DNA of 64,000 nucleotides, taken from the NCBI GenBank assembly GCA_051294905.1, contig CM119371.1:40178001-40242000 (forward strand), given 5' to 3'. Under the pieces are notes generated by a model that ran no database searches, was not told the origin of the DNA, and saw nothing but the letters and a program-made list of their open reading frames with translations. This document shows, in pieces, positions 11,987 to 26,059 of this stretch (position 1 is its first letter; every line of letters starts with the position of its first letter). Made by a program: the position numbers and the translations under genes. The stretch comes from Botryllus schlosseri (Eukaryota).

Positions 11987-13653
11987 AAGTGGTTCTAAAC
12001 CTGGGGTGATTACCCCAAAGGGGTAATTCAAATTGCCAGTAGTAGTGCGGATCATATATTGTTACGCATACTGGTGAATTGAAAGACCACGAGGGGCGTA
12101 TAAGTTCAGTTTTACACCTATAAATATTGCACACTTATAAATATTGCACACCTATAAATATTGCAGTAACAATATCGTAAAAATAAAGTTGTTAGTATTG
12201 AAAAGTGTTGTGGTCTAGTCTAGTCCGAAAAATTAGAACTAGCATCATCAAAATGCCTTTGAAGAAAAGAGGGGAAGATATTGGAACCTTTTGGGCTCGA
12301 CTTCAAAATGACTAACCAATCTTCGTCACAATGGCATTGAACTTTCTGATTGCATTTCCTTCAACTTATTGTTGTGAAATAGGATTTTCTGCAATGGTAT
12401 ATATCAAAACAAAATAAGTTTGTGATTGACAATTACATGATATACTGTCTAGTATCTAGGGATGGTGTGAACGCGAGGTTAATGTTCGCGTTCTGTGTGT
12501 GAACCTCAAAAATTTAGAGGTTCACGTTCACAGAGAAACCTTGGTAGGTTCTGTACTGCGAACATTTTTCATATATTACAATTTTGACTTCAGACTTCAT
12601 TATAACATCTTTGGTAGAATTTTATTGCATTTTAACTAAGGGCCACTCTATGCATGACACTGTCAGCATAAAAAATCAGCACTAAACGATCATGCACCTT
12701 GACAATCTCAAAAATTTTACTAGCTTTGTTGCAAAAGTTTGCTCGAAATACCCAGTTTTTCGTTTGTGTATGTTTCGTGACTCTCTGGTGTGAGCTTGTC
12801 CCACTATCACACAACATCAAGAGCGAAATACACTATACATGTAACTGGTCAGCAAAACATGTTGATTCAACCAATCAATGAAATTGATATCGCTGTCTGA
12901 TGTAAATATTCTAGCAGGCGTACGCGGTCAATCGTGATTTCATATGTTCATTCTCTTCTAAAAAACAAATCCGTACGATTGGGGTATTGGCTAGGGTACT
13001 GCTTTATAACTTGTTGATGGGGTAATATCAGTAGCAAATATCGGAACCCGTTTTACACTCTGCTCAATATCAACGTAGCAATACTCGGACGCAGAATATA
13101 TTGTTCGTCTGGCCTGGACCGTTAAGGCGTAAGCTTATATTCCCTTGCAAGTTATCGTCGAAATTGTTGGCAACGCGACGGTAGATATTGATTTTATCGG
13201 ATCATTATATCACTTGATTGCCCCAGATGATACATTTGGCGATGTTTAAAACATCAATATTTATTTCAGCATTTTCGCATTTTGTGGCCCGAGTCGTCGA
13301 TAGGCTATCACTTCACTGAAATGTAGGGTTGGAATTAGCAATCCAATATGATGTTACGTGATGTCATGAGGTTCACGTTCGCGTTCTCACAGAACCTTTT
13401 AGAGGCTCACAACATCCCAACTATTATCCTCCCCTTTGCGACGATGTGACTACTGGAAAACACTAAAACAGCATCAGCCTTCCCATTAACTTGATATTTT
13501 TAACTGGCATTTTAGTGAATATTATTACGTCACTTTGTACTATATTATAATTAGTCGAGTGCAAGCTGTAATTCTCATTTTTTGAAAAGGGGTAATTGCA
13601 ACTCGTTATTTTCTTCTAGGGGGTAAGGTTATAAGAAAGGTAAGGAATCACTG
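11987..13653 (+). mobile_element. Non-autonomous hAT/Charlie (Buster) element carrying a nested MITE
   Basis: 8-bp TSD CTCTAGTT, AGTGGTTC...GAATCACTG ends, transposase scrap FLIAFPSTYCCEIGFSAMVYIKTK near 12340-12415. Confidence 0.85.
12457..13420. mobile_element. Nested hAT-type MITE (TAGGGATG TIR)
   Basis: TAGGGATGGTGTGA...TCACAACATCCCAA ends; TSD CTAGTATC/CTATTATC; absent from the sister copy at 17692-18587. Confidence 0.82.
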
Positions 13654-15280
13654 CTCTAGTTCATAGTAAAATGTAAAAACCGCCAAAAATGTAAAGCTTT
13701 TTGTATTTAGAACTGGTGTTTAATATTGAAATACACAAATAAAAAGCCTCGATACCATTTAAAAGCATCACTAGAAAGTAACCAATGATCATCTCTGGCT
13801 CTGTTCCAGCATGGTATTTGGTGTGGGCCACATAATATCTTATGTCAAGACGGATGGACTGTCCTAGAACCTAGAGCTGTTACTAAGCAGTCTGCATTCA
13901 TCTGGTTGTCTGTAATGGACGATGCAAAATAAGCCTTTTTATTTCGTTGCAATAAACCTAAGGAAAAACAGTTCAGAAACAGCTTTCATATCATTAAATT
14001 AGATGGATGAACTTGAATACTAAGCCGGACCACGCCCTTTCATCATAAATTGTACGTATCAAACTTGAATATCAAGAACAGGCTTGATTCAAGTAAAACT
14101 CCAATAATTTCACAAGTTAATTGACGAACGTGCTTAAGTGGATAATAATTATTTGCCAAAATGCGCTTTTGATTGCAATAGTGCAAAATGTATTACAATA
14201 TCAATATTTAAAATTCATTTCTTTAACTGAATATTGTTCTAAAAGACAAACGCTATTTTTAATACTTGAAGGAAGTCTGATAACTGATCATGACGAAACG
14301 TGACTTACGAAGGTGCTTTGTTCAATAATACCCATGTTTTACACATATTAACTATATCTTGATTTTCAGGTGTTTTAAAGGCAAGTGAACGTGGTTCATA
14401 ATATGGAGTGTCAAATTTTAAAAATTGAAAGTATTTGAGCCGATTTTATTCCATTTCAAACAGTCGCAGAACATTCACAGAGCCGTAACTCTGGTCTTAA
14501 GCAAGGTGTTATAATAGCGAGTGATGATATCGCTTACTAGGTTGGCATATTCTCCTTATTTAATAAGTCGTAAAATATCTTATTGGTATTGACGTTAATT
14601 TGGATGAGTTGAAACTCTAAATTGTGAAATTTGAAAATTGAATTGATGGATGGCACGAGCTTGATACCGCTACACTATATACATCCCCCATTCAAACGAA
14701 TACAATGTAATTGTCTAATAAAGGGGACATCGACCTTTACTTCGTCATACTGAGTAGAGTGCAAACAAATGCTGTGTTTTCAAACTGGAACGTTACATTT
14801 GGTGTTCGACCACGAAACAATTAATTCGGGATTTGTTTATCTTGTAAGCAATTGACCAACGCCACTTCGTGACAGGTGCCACCATTTACAGACTAATAGG
14901 TTCAAATTATCGTCGAATTTGACAGTTGGTATCTCAATTTCACAATAAAAAGTGGGTAAAAGAATAAGACATTATACCTATGGCTATCCTCTCGTAAATT
15001 ATTTGTATGTTTCGGAGTCATTTCAGGATTGGATATAGAAGGCAAGCAAAAAAACTTACGAACTGTGCGGATCACATACGTAGTAGTGATACGTAGTAGT
15101 AGTCGCCGCGCGGATCGGATATTTGGTAGCGTTTGACACCAAGATCTTGGCGAACCGTCATCATGTTCGGTAACAATCATAGTAGCTTTACCATTTAAAG
15201 ATGAATCTGAATCTTCGGGATACACGGTAATCTCAACAATCAAAATGATTGAATTTTAAAACCCCATCACTAGCTGTATG

Positions 15281-16069
15281 CCAGACATGGGGTAGTCGCG
15301 ATTAGAAATCGTAATCGATTACGACGATTACAGCATTTCCAAGTAATCGTAATCGCAATCGATTACATTACGATATGGGTTCGCTGCATATCTGATGTCA
15401 AGTCGCGCCGGGTGCGAAAATTAGGGGCACGCAATTTATAACTATAACATCTTCAAGCGGGCCCGTTGTTGTTATTACTTTTGTATGATGTTAATTCGTA
15501 CTATATGTAGTCAAAATATATTGATGTCGCTCAGACGTAGCAGACTATAAGAAAAATAAACGAAAAAATTTCGTGAGACCCACCCAGAAATGGTTATTTC
15601 TGCACGACGCGCCTTATTTTCCTCAGTAGGTGTCCCTGGTGGCATTTGTATCGTGGGCTCGGATTGAGAAGACAGGACTATTCATCGCGTTCATCCAGCG
15701 CGTCTATGGACAATCGACAAATACACAACGTTTCGTCTAAGGTCTTCATTTGGTTGCATGTCTTGATGTGTCGCGGAGTAGTAGGCTATCAACCTGCCTC
15801 GAAACGCCTGTTTCTATAAATCATGCAATGAGCACTTATGATATAGACAACAAATGACATCTCGGGTAAAATGATCTTCGCTCACGAGACTTTTTCATCG
15901 CAATCGTTATAATTGTCTTTAAAAGATAAGTTCAAACTCGCAAAATAAATGTAATCATGAGTAATCGACTACTTGGTGATTTTACTGTATTCGTAATCGT
16001 AATCGCGGTATTTATAAGTAATCGTAATCGCAATCGATTACATTCATGAAGTAATCACCCCATGTCTGG
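15281..16069. mobile_element. MITE with CCAGACATGGGG TIR and GTAATC/GATTAC subterminal repeats
   Basis: Terminal inverted repeats at both ends; CTGTAT present in both flanks (imperfect TSD). Confidence 0.8.
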
Positions 16070-17691
16070 CTGTATCACGGTGACGTCAAAGTCGTAATGC
16101 CGTTTTTGTATATAAAAGAATATTCGAGAAAGTTTGTGTAGTTCAAGAAGACGTATATTTATACCGTATCTTTGACGACTTCCATTCATTTACATGGTAC
16201 AAGCGACACCTGGAAATATATCACCTGTGGCTGCTCGATTGGGCTTTACAAAAATAACCTTTTTTCCGGACTCCGCGGATTTACCTACTAAATTACTAAA
16301 TTGTAATATGGCCAAAAAAGATGCACAACAAATTCTGCTCAATTTCAACCAGCCGACGCCGCGTCAGAGCCAAATGAAAATGTTGAATTCATAAAGTGTT
16401 TTTTTTAAACTTGACTATTAATGCAATGTAATTGTTAAGTTGCATACAAAACGACGCAAAAGAAATTTGACGCAATTCCTGCCCGTAGAAGCGAAGGTGT
16501 TTTAGTTCTCTTCCATAATCCCGGCATTTCCCACCATCGATGCTATGTTTGGGAATCCAAAACTTTCAACTGCAGTAATATCGCTTGTACCGGTTGGAAG
16601 TTAGCAAAAATGATTTTTAGTTATACATCTTTCTCTTTTGCAGCCAAATATTTCATGGGGTTGACAGTAAAATTTGAAGACAATTTTTTTTTGAATAAAA
16701 TTAAAACCGTAAATTGTCTCTGCCGAGGCATCGCATTCGGCTGGTTTTGTTTTGGTTTTATGCATTCATTTTTGAACAACCCTACTGTACAATGTACAAT
16801 ACGATCCTAGCTAATACCAAGCAGATTGTGGTTAACAATGGGCATTCGGATATACATTTGAATTTCATACGGTAAAGTGCGAATGGCAAGACTAGTTTCG
16901 GCGGTAAAGTTGACGCGCACAACTCGGGGAGCCAAAGTAAATGCTACCAAACAATGTAAAGAATTTCAGTAGAAGTGAGTAAAATATGCATACGACTATG
17001 GAACAGCCGAGGATTTTGGTAAGTTAAAGTCTCTAAAATACTCAGGGTTGAGTTAAAGTGTTCGCTTACTGGTCCGTATAGTTATAAAAGTCTAATTCCG
17101 ACTTCCTCTCGATAGGTATCGTACACACATATCTGTTTACCTCAAACCGCCACATTTAGGAAGGTAACTTTATTCGTGAGTCAAAAAAACTAGCGAGACT
17201 TTTTACTGCCACAAAGTTATTACGAACCACTGGATGTTCTAGTAATTTCGAATAAATCTGTTGATTCAGTCATCAATTATGTAAAGAGTGGTACAGCATC
17301 ATTTACTAGAGAGTGAAATTTATTGCTGTTTGCCAACGATCAGCGTGTACATATTATGAATGAGGAAGTGTTCTTTTCTTTGTAGTCGCATAGAAGGTAC
17401 ATATTTGAGCCTACCTCATCACCAATACTATTCGAGACTGACCGGTCGCGTATGATTTTGGTAAGTATATTATATCAAGATATGATATTTATTTGGTCAC
17501 TAAGCTATTTAGTATTTTAGTTTCCCGCTATAACACAATGAGAAGGTGACGATTGCCTGTTCAAAAACTGCACGTAGGGACGATCGATATTGTGGTGTTA
17601 AAGGTAGTTGCACGCAGTAAAACCGAACTTTTTGTTTGAGCACCATTTAGCTAAGCCGACTCTAAGCCTAACCCGATGTTTCACCCTAACT

Positions 17692-18587
17692 CAGTGGTTC
17701 CTAACTCTTATCACAATGTGACCCCTAAGAAGAAAATGACAGGATGCGATTACCTCTTTTCAAAAAATAACAAGTTAAAGCTGGCACTCAATTAATTGTA
17801 AAACAACACAAAGTGACGTCATAATGTACACTGAAATGCCCGTTCAAAATATCAAGTCAATGGGAAGGCTGATGCTGTTTTTGTGTTATCCAGTGGTCAC
17901 ATATAGGAAAGGGAATGAGGATAATAGAAATCATCGCATGCAACTGTGAATCGTAAATATAATATTGATATTTCGTTTTGATGGATACCATCGCAGAAAT
18001 CCTATTTCACAGCAATAAGTTGAAGGAAATTCAATCAAGAAGTTCAATGCCACTATGACGAAGATTTGTAAGTCATTTTGACGGTGAACCCAAAAGGTTC
18101 CAATATCGTCCCTTCGTTTCTTGGAAGGCCTTCTGATGATGTAAGACACAATTGTGTGGCCAGACTATACCACTGCACTTTTCAATACTAAAAACTATAT
18201 TTTCACGATATTGTTACTGTCTCATTAGTGTAAAGCTGAACTTTGACGCCCCTTGTTGTCTTCTAAAGCGTAAGAATATATGATCCACACTACAGCAAAA
18301 TAAATTGGACTTCTCGCACTATACTAAACTACATTTGACCCTGTTATTCGTAATCACTATTGGTTCTGATTACTATGATATCACAGCAGGCATGGTGTGT
18401 TAAGTGAAACAAAAGATATGTAGCCTACAAGCCCGCAAAATATATGTTGGCCTACATTCATATTTACGTTTGAAAATATTTCATTGCAGCGTTATAATAA
18501 TTCATAGGAAATGTCAATTTGAATTACCCCCGAAAATTGGTAAATTACCTATTTGAGGGTAATTAACCCCAGGTTAAGACACCACTG
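17692..18587 (-). mobile_element. Second copy (inverted) of the 11987-13653 Charlie-type element, without the nested MITE
   Basis: CAGTGGTTCC...ACCACTG ends, reverse-complement similarity along its length, peptide LIEFPSTYCCEIGF. Confidence 0.85.
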
Positions 18588-19133
18588 CTAACTAGTTTTG
18601 ATTAGGATGAGTCGACTATAGACATCCTACATGGAGACTAAGCCGTCTCGGCGTTTTCAACTTGATAGCGTTTATTTAAAAGGTTTCCCATCTCCAGTTG
18701 TTCAACCTCGTCAAACTCTAGTGATCATGCACATGTACAATACCTGCCCAATTGCAGAACGCTAGCGTATGGAGTTGTAAGTGAAAATATTCTATAAGCA
18801 TTACGACATGGACGTGCATTTCGCGTATATTTCACGAAATACTGCTCGTATACCCTCTCTTAAACATTAATAACCACAAAGTTATTAAATGAAGGAAATC
18901 CGATAACCAACCAGTCGCTACTCGTCTTCTCATTGACTAGCATGCGCCTTCACTAGACTGTAGCTACCGTGTTTGCTGATAAGTACTGTCACCCTGAAAT
19001 CGATTAACTTAACATACGCTCGTCAAATGCGACGTAATTTCAGGTTGTAAACCCAATCGACAGTATCTCAATATGATCGTTGAGTACTTCATCTGCAGAC
19101 TTTTATGTCGGTAGTTCAGCAACTGGTATTTAA

Positions 19134-19630
19134 AGGGGCACTGCACTCTAAAAATGATGTGGTCTCAAATTGAAGGGCAAAACGAAAGAAAAATTTTGGC
19201 CGCAGCCGTTTTCTTCAGAACGCCGCCGTAATGGAGCTGTAATGTATTGAAATTTCCAGAGTTGCAGCACGCTCCGGCAGTCACGCAGAGATCGAGCTTT
19301 ATATCGTTGTCAGCCGATGTTATGAAGGAAATAGAATACACTAGGCCCGATTTTGACATAAATCTCCTGACTGGACAAGTGGACATCTTCCGTTGAACGC
19401 GGTATCTAAACCACCTTGGCGTGTACGACATATTTCCTTCATAACATCGGCTGACCACGATATAAAGTTCGATCTCTGCGTGACTGCTGAAGCGTGCTGC
19501 AACTCTGGAAATTTCAATACATTACAGCTCCATTACGGTGGCGTTCTGAAGAAAACGGCTGCGGCCAAAATTTTTCTTTCGTTTTGCCCTTCAATTTGAG
19601 ATCACATCATTTTTTGAGTGCAGTGCCCCT
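19134..19630. mobile_element. Foldback MITE, Kolobok-like
   Basis: TTAA TSD, AGGGGCACTGCAC termini, ~200-bp near-perfect inverted arms. Confidence 0.88.
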
Positions 19631-19691
19631 TTAATATATAGTAAACATTCCCTACTATAATGAGGATACGAGAACGACCAAGTATTGATAA

Positions 19692-21034
19692 CACTGGTCC
19701 ACACATATTTTTAGGCATACAAAGTAAGAGTGGTTTGGGGGGTTCCGAAAGGCACTGATTCCGAATATGACCTTAGATTTTTTCAAATTGGCTCTTATTG
19801 TGGAGATAACCCATGGGGCTATTTTGACCAAAATCTCCCATTTTCGCGGTAATGACTTGATATAAAATCGGCTTAATCGTACTATAAAGTTTAGAAATTC
19901 AATCTACTTGTTATTTTTACACACAGAAGACTATTTTAAATCAAAATACAGCAACAGCACTATATTTAGGGGTAATAGATTTATCATAGTTACAGACTTT
20001 CATGGACATCATGTACATAAATAAACTCTAGTCATGTATATAAGTATTTATCTAGATACTCAAATAACGTGGCATTAATTCAATCAGTTTTACGTCAACC
20101 ACCTATTGTAAATTTGAAATAATCAGTTGGAATACAATGTTATTGATATATTTTAAATCGAAATTGATTTTTGTACGATTTTCGCCTGTAAGCTATTTAG
20201 TGCAGTTTCTCGAAAGGCTCCGGCAATGGTCTGACATAATATGTTCAATGACTCGTCTCATCTTCCCTGGTATCTTTATTTTGTTGTTCTGATGTCTTGG
20301 TAGAACCTCTACCCTTGCTAATGAACAAGATGATCGGGAAATATATCAAGAGGACTGTTTGTAGTTGGGTGCTTTGTGATCATCTAAAAAGTTTTATTTA
20401 CTACATCTTAGGAGAAATTATATGCTGTGAACTCTTCCTAATGTGAAATTGGAATCTTTCATCGGTATTCGAATATACCAGGTACCAGATTTAAGCTTCT
20501 CGTTTGATAGAGTTACCCACTTTGTTGACTCAGTGGAAAATTATCCATTTACCAGTCTAAAGAATGAGACACATATGAGTATTGTAGTTAAGCCTTTCAA
20601 GGACAAATTTCATAGTTTTATACTCCTCTTTAATCTTGGTAGAATGACCAATTGATAAAGAAGAATATTAATTTCCGTTGTACAAAAGTAAAATTTGTAG
20701 GCTTGACAAACTGCTTTTTTGACAAACAAATATTTCGCATCATGCCATGATAATATTGATGGAATGACTAAGAATGATATGGGTGTTCTTCATGGTCAAT
20801 TAGCCATTTATGCGCTGTATAAAATTAGAAAAAACTACGATTTTCGTCCTACCAAGTGAAATATTTAAGGGTAAATAAAGTAATTTTGGGCTTTTTTAGG
20901 GTTATAAATATCTTCTGACAGTGAGTCAATCTGACAAAACTAATGTGATATTTGTAATCAGCAACCTCAGAAACCCCAGAAACGGCTCTCAGATGTTCTG
21001 CCTAAAAAATTGTTTTTCATTTTGTTGACCAGTG
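19692..21034 (-). mobile_element. Internally deleted, decayed Chapaev3-like (CMC) DNA transposon
   Basis: CACTGGTC...GACCAGTG ends with 3-bp TAA TSD. Minus-strand scraps GHSTKIKEEYKTMKFVLERLNY, HKAPNYK and RFYQDI...RYQGR resemble this transposase family. Confidence 0.8.
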
Positions 21035-21759
21035 TAATTATTCGATATATCTTCCCATATGATCGACCAAAAAATTTCTGTAAGAGACCTCATTCCAGGC
21101 CGATTAACATACCTCGCGTTTTCGGGAAATGATCACTAACAGCCTGGCATGGCAGGATGGCGCGTAGCTTATTCATCAAAGCAATAAACTCATTTTTGTA
21201 ATGTTTCCACGTGACACTGAGAAGAAATCGTGTGAAATACTTAACAATAGTATACATCAGTTGCGATCCACACAATCATATTGCAACAACTGCGAGGGAA
21301 GCGATGATATGTGCTCGTATACTAATTCACATAATTCACATTCTGACAGATAAATTGCTCGATTTATGTTCAGTACACCCTGTCCAAACAAATGTCTCAT
21401 ACCGAGCACATCGCATTTAAGTGCCTCGTAAAAATTACGCTGTCAAAAAATCATCGGTTTGCAAACTTTGCAGTGACATGTGATGTTTGCGACATCTCCG
21501 CACGACACGTAACCAATCACTAGGAATTAACATTGGAATTTACTATTCGTGTAAGTGGGTTGGTAACACCATTTCGTGACAGGCACTAACGCTGCAGTAG
21601 TTAACGTTCACACAATTCTTGAATATGACTGATCCTAGCTCACTTTTCACAGCATGCAATACGCAAGAGGAACAGCGATTCAAGCCTTAAAGTAACGTTT
21701 ATATCATCTCTAAAGCCACTTTCAGGGTGAGGACTAAAGGTTATTATAAAAGGTTATTG

Positions 21760-22330
21760 TTCGTGCAAACGCGAGCCTTTTTGTAAGGTTCTGTGTGAAT
21801 GCTAACGCGAACCTATGACCTCACGTGACGTCATAATGATAATTCCAACCCTACATTTTAGTAACGTGATATATTAATGTTCATTGGACACGATACCTAG
21901 CGACGAATCAGGCTATATTATGCCACAATGCTGAAGTAAATGCTGACTTTAAACGTCATTAAATGTATCACTTGTAGCGATCAAATGCTAAAATAATCCC
22001 GTAAAATCAATATCTTCCATCGCTTTGCCAACAATTTCAACGAGAACTTGTAAAGTTATATAAGCTCACTTGTCAACGGTCTAGACCTGACCTGAAAATG
22101 TATTCGGCACTGACAATTGCTACATGGATATTGAGCAGAGTGTAGATCGGGGTTCTATACTCACTACTGAGATCACCCCGTAAATAAGGTATAGAATAGC
22201 CGACACCCCAAATGCACGGATTTGGTTGTTATGATAAAATAAACATAATAAATCAAGATAGATCCTGTATGCCTGCAAAATTTGTTTACATTAAACAACA
22301 ATGTATTCATTATATCAATCTCATATAGTG
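21760..22330 (-). mobile_element. Partial inverted relative of the 12457-13420 MITE
   Basis: Reverse-complement similarity to ~12880-13410 (e.g. AATTCCAACCCTACATTT, ATATTGAGCAGAGTGTA). Confidence 0.7.
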
Positions 22331-23233
22331 GTTGAACAGGCATCATTCGCTGACTACCAAGATGTAATAATGTAGGTTATTTCGTTCTTGATGTACCAGT
22401 TACCAATAGATTTTGGAACCCAAAGAGGGTTTTTGCACGTTTGTGTCTAGATGCGAACCTCGATCATTTACAGATTCGTTTTAACAAAACAATCTGGGTA
22501 GCTACTACCCAACGAACATGTTGGTAATGATCCGAATTTTGGATCAAAATGTTAGGAATTTCAAGTGCCTGTCACCGCCGCTACGTAGCGATGAAAACAC
22601 GTTTGTGCTAAAGCGAACCGTAAACTTATATATCAGTAGTAGTTATCCAGGGTATCAACGAACCCCGGGGATTCGCTGAGAAAGTTTACGGAGTTCAGCA
22701 GGAGTCAAGACACACATCCAACTCACATGATTAGCGATGACGCGCCCGCTGGGCCCATCATTGCCTGCAGATAATTAGACGCGATCAGTAGTCGAATTGT
22801 ATCCGTTGCGGTGGTACGCGGTTTGTAATGACGAACACAAGGAAGACTTGAGTCTAGAATTGAAACCGCGCCCATTTGAAATTCGGGCCTATCCCCGATA
22901 GTTATTGATTCATTTGAAATTGAGCACTTTGCACCCCGTTGATGCAAGGCAATTCCCAGGGTCAATCCTCGATAGGATTCGTTAGAGATTACAGAATTTG
23001 TAGAGATACATATTCATATCTCGGCTTTGACGACTTCATCTACATCGCAATGACGTATGCGTCATCTGAATATACATTACACATGACTGCACTTTGTACA
23101 GTGTACTCGTCGTTACCTAATACGAAGCAAATTATCCTCCACAAGAAGAAAAAACACGGATATATATTAGTTTTAATAATAATATTAATATATTAATTTA
23201 GAGTGCCGAATATAACAATATATCATTACTACA

Positions 23234-23545
23234 CTAGGGCGCTATATACATAAAAGGCAATAAAATATAAAAGTAAACGATATGTATAAAAGACGGAGTG
23301 CATAGTTGTAGGGCGAAATGAACACTATATTGTAGTTCGAACGCTCGTGTGAATAAAACGGTCTTGATTTTGCGTTTGAAAGCATATAGCGAGTCACAGT
23401 CTGATAGAAAATGGAAGATTGTTCCACTGAATGCGGCGGCCGAGAAAGGAAAGGCTCTCTCGCCGTAGGTCGATATTCTGACTCTTGGAACTGACAAGAG
23501 TTTTTGCGACTGAAAACGTAGCGCTCTTCCGGGATTATTCAAGTT
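23234..23545 (-). mobile_element. L2/CR1-group LINE 3' fragment
   Basis: RALRFQSQKLLSVPRVRISTYGERAF...FKRKIKTVLF is typical of the ORF2 C-terminus; frameshifted. Confidence 0.75.
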
Positions 23546-23676
23546 TTCAAGTTCGAGTTTATTCATAAAATTTTCATCACTTCAAAACATCACAAGACTG
23601 CAATACAGTGAATTATAGGAAGATGCCGAAACGACTGGGAGCAGTCTTAAGATCAGACACCGACCTGGGCCTAGGC

Positions 23677-24979
23677 CAGTGGTTCCCAACGTGGGCGATA
23701 TCGCCCCCCAGGGGGCGATTTGGCGGTCTAGGGGGGCGAAAATAACGAAGGGGGCGATAGGGGGGCGAAAACGGACGAAGGGGGCGATAGGGGGGCGATG
23801 GCGCGTTAAGACGGCTATAATGGACACCAAACCCGCACCCCAAACCACCCAATTGGGGGTGGAGGGGGGCCCAAACTCGAAGGAGGCCTAAACTATTTCG
23901 TGAATTAACATAAATTGTAGAGTAATTTCTTAGTAATTCATGCAACTTTTTCAAAAAATCCTCGCGCGGGCGCGATTTTATATTTTCATATATCTTGACT
24001 TTGGGATACCCGTCCCCCAACAAAATTACGCAGGATTTATGGAAATGGGAGACTTCCGTGTCAGCCATTACTGCGCCACGACGCACCAAGACATATGAAG
24101 TTAGAGGACATGTAACATGCGATTCCGAGAAGTGTGCCATCAGAACGAAATGCAGCGAGAAGACCTTGGCCGAGAAGGAATGCCCTTGTGCTGACCGCAA
24201 ACTTCGATATACATAGGTGCCTCAATGGCTGGCGTCGAATGCTCCAGCCCTGGCGACCTTAACCCTACATGACAAATGCCATCCCACAAAGAAAAAAATA
24301 TTTACCAATTTGAAATCATGTGCGTCTTTTAGTTTGATACGTTTTGACGAGTTCTATACCTTCTGACATAGCAGATATAAGAGCTCACGAGATAGCAACA
24401 TGTAACGAAGTCAATATACCAACGATTCCGCCAAATTTCGTGGCCATAGCGAACTACGTGATGGCGGTCGGTTTATCACCCAATGGGAGCCGGACACCAA
24501 AGTTTTTTGGGGGGGCCTGTGGAAGTGTTGTTCCGTTCCTGCCAACGGGTATACGCCCGAAGACGTTTAATTATTTTTTAGGGGTGTCCTACCTTTTCCA
24601 ACACACCACACTCAGCTCTACCGGTAAATCTGATTCCGTGAGCAGAAAGAGGATGAAAAAATTGATAGCAATATATATGCAATTCCCGACCATACTGACC
24701 GATTCAAACACGACTTGTATAAATCTGTGGCACTTCGTGCGTTTAGGCGAAATACGGTGAGTCACCGAACAGTACATGAAATAGGGTATAGCTGATATGT
24801 AGCGAAAAAAGCCCACTGGCTGACAGGGGGTCTGAGGTGGTTTATCACCCTATGGAGACAAAGACCAACGTTGTAGGGGGTGACGAAGTGCTGTTTTTCG
24901 ATTCCCAATATTTGGGGGGCGATGATCGGTGTGGAGCTTCAAAAGGGGGCGATGAGTCGAAAAAGGTTGGGAACCACTG
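23677..24979. mobile_element. hAT/Charlie-type non-autonomous element (long member of the 7704 family)
   Basis: TIR CAGTGGTTCCCAAC, perfect TSD GCCTAGGC; termini shared with 7704-8036, with a longer interior. Confidence 0.92.
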
Positions 24980-24987
24980 GCCTAGGC

Positions 24988-25230
24988 GATGTAAAGAGGA
25001 GGCATACACACTGAATTGAAATAAAAGAAGCTAATATAAAGTGGCAAGTGTCGGAGGGCGAGATCGAGATATGCCAGGTCGTGGTCTGGTAAATGGCGAG
25101 GGCTGACGAGTATTATAGATTGTCACTAGCTCACGAAGATACGCTGGTGCACTTCCCTCCATGCATTTGAAGACGTACAGAAGAAGCTTGTATTCAGACC
25201 TACATTTCACGGGTAACCAATGAACCAGAC
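24988..25230 (-). mobile_element. L2/CR1-group LINE fragment
   Basis: HWLPVKCRSEYKLLLYVFKCMEGSAPAYLRELV matches the LHWLP...APxYL motif. Its 3' UTR-like part resembles 47640-47780. Confidence 0.8.
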
Positions 25231-26059
25231 GCTCCGTGCCATTTGGTGGAAAAGGTGAATTGATTTCGGTCGTACAACTCAAGAACCAAAAGGACTACTA
25301 GTTGCTGATGATTACCACTGGCATGTGCCATCCGTAAATATTTTGGATTTATTTAACTATCTTTATATACTATAAAATTGACGAATGTTTCTGTTTACTA
25401 GCGTCAAGTTGAAACGAGTCACGGGATATTGGCGTGATTCTGATAAAAAAAACGTTGCTCCAGTCATAAATTATGCCATAAAGCGTTATTGCAGTGTTGA
25501 GATAAGAGTTAAATTTACTGCTTTGTATCTAGGATTGCCTTGTACAGTGTACAATGTACATGTACATATCATGGACAAGGCAGTGTGCTTAACAGAATTA
25601 AACACTGTTTGTGGATAGCAGTCGGACGAATCAGAAATTTAAAAGAAGCGGCACACCCTCGAATTAAATTGATGTGTAGCAGCTGCAGTCAGCAGATAAT
25701 AACTTGAAATAATGTGTGACTAGAATTTTTTCCAGTTTATACTGCGCGATCCTATGATAAATACTTGAGTAAGCTCGGATTTTTCTGCTCAGCTTACTTT
25801 CCATAGACTACTGCAGACCTGCGCACAGTGCGGCCCGCGAAAGGTTGCTTGGAATTCAAAACTTAGAAGTTGCTTTTTGAATGACCTATGCAATAGGCTG
25901 TATCAACTGAACAGGAAATTCGTTTACTTTGAAGCCTATTCCTTAATATATCACGATTACACGGCCTGGGTACCTCGCATACGTAATCCTGATCCCAAAT
26001 AAAGGAAAGTATGAGTAACATTTGAAGTCACAAGAAATCCCTCTTTCCATATAGTTTAG

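Noticed and set aside
7260..15243. Scattered possible minus-strand exons (near 7320-7430, 11670-11780, 13790-13910, 15060-15210)
   Set aside because: Could not be chained into a stop-free, phase-consistent model; RNA-seq would be needed.
19165..19599. Two near-identical ORFs on opposite strands
   Set aside because: A by-product of the foldback MITE arms.
23582..24760. Pro/Arg-rich and other ORFs up to 195 aa
   Set aside because: They are inside a TSD-bounded MITE and arise from GGGGGCGA repeats; no protein motif.
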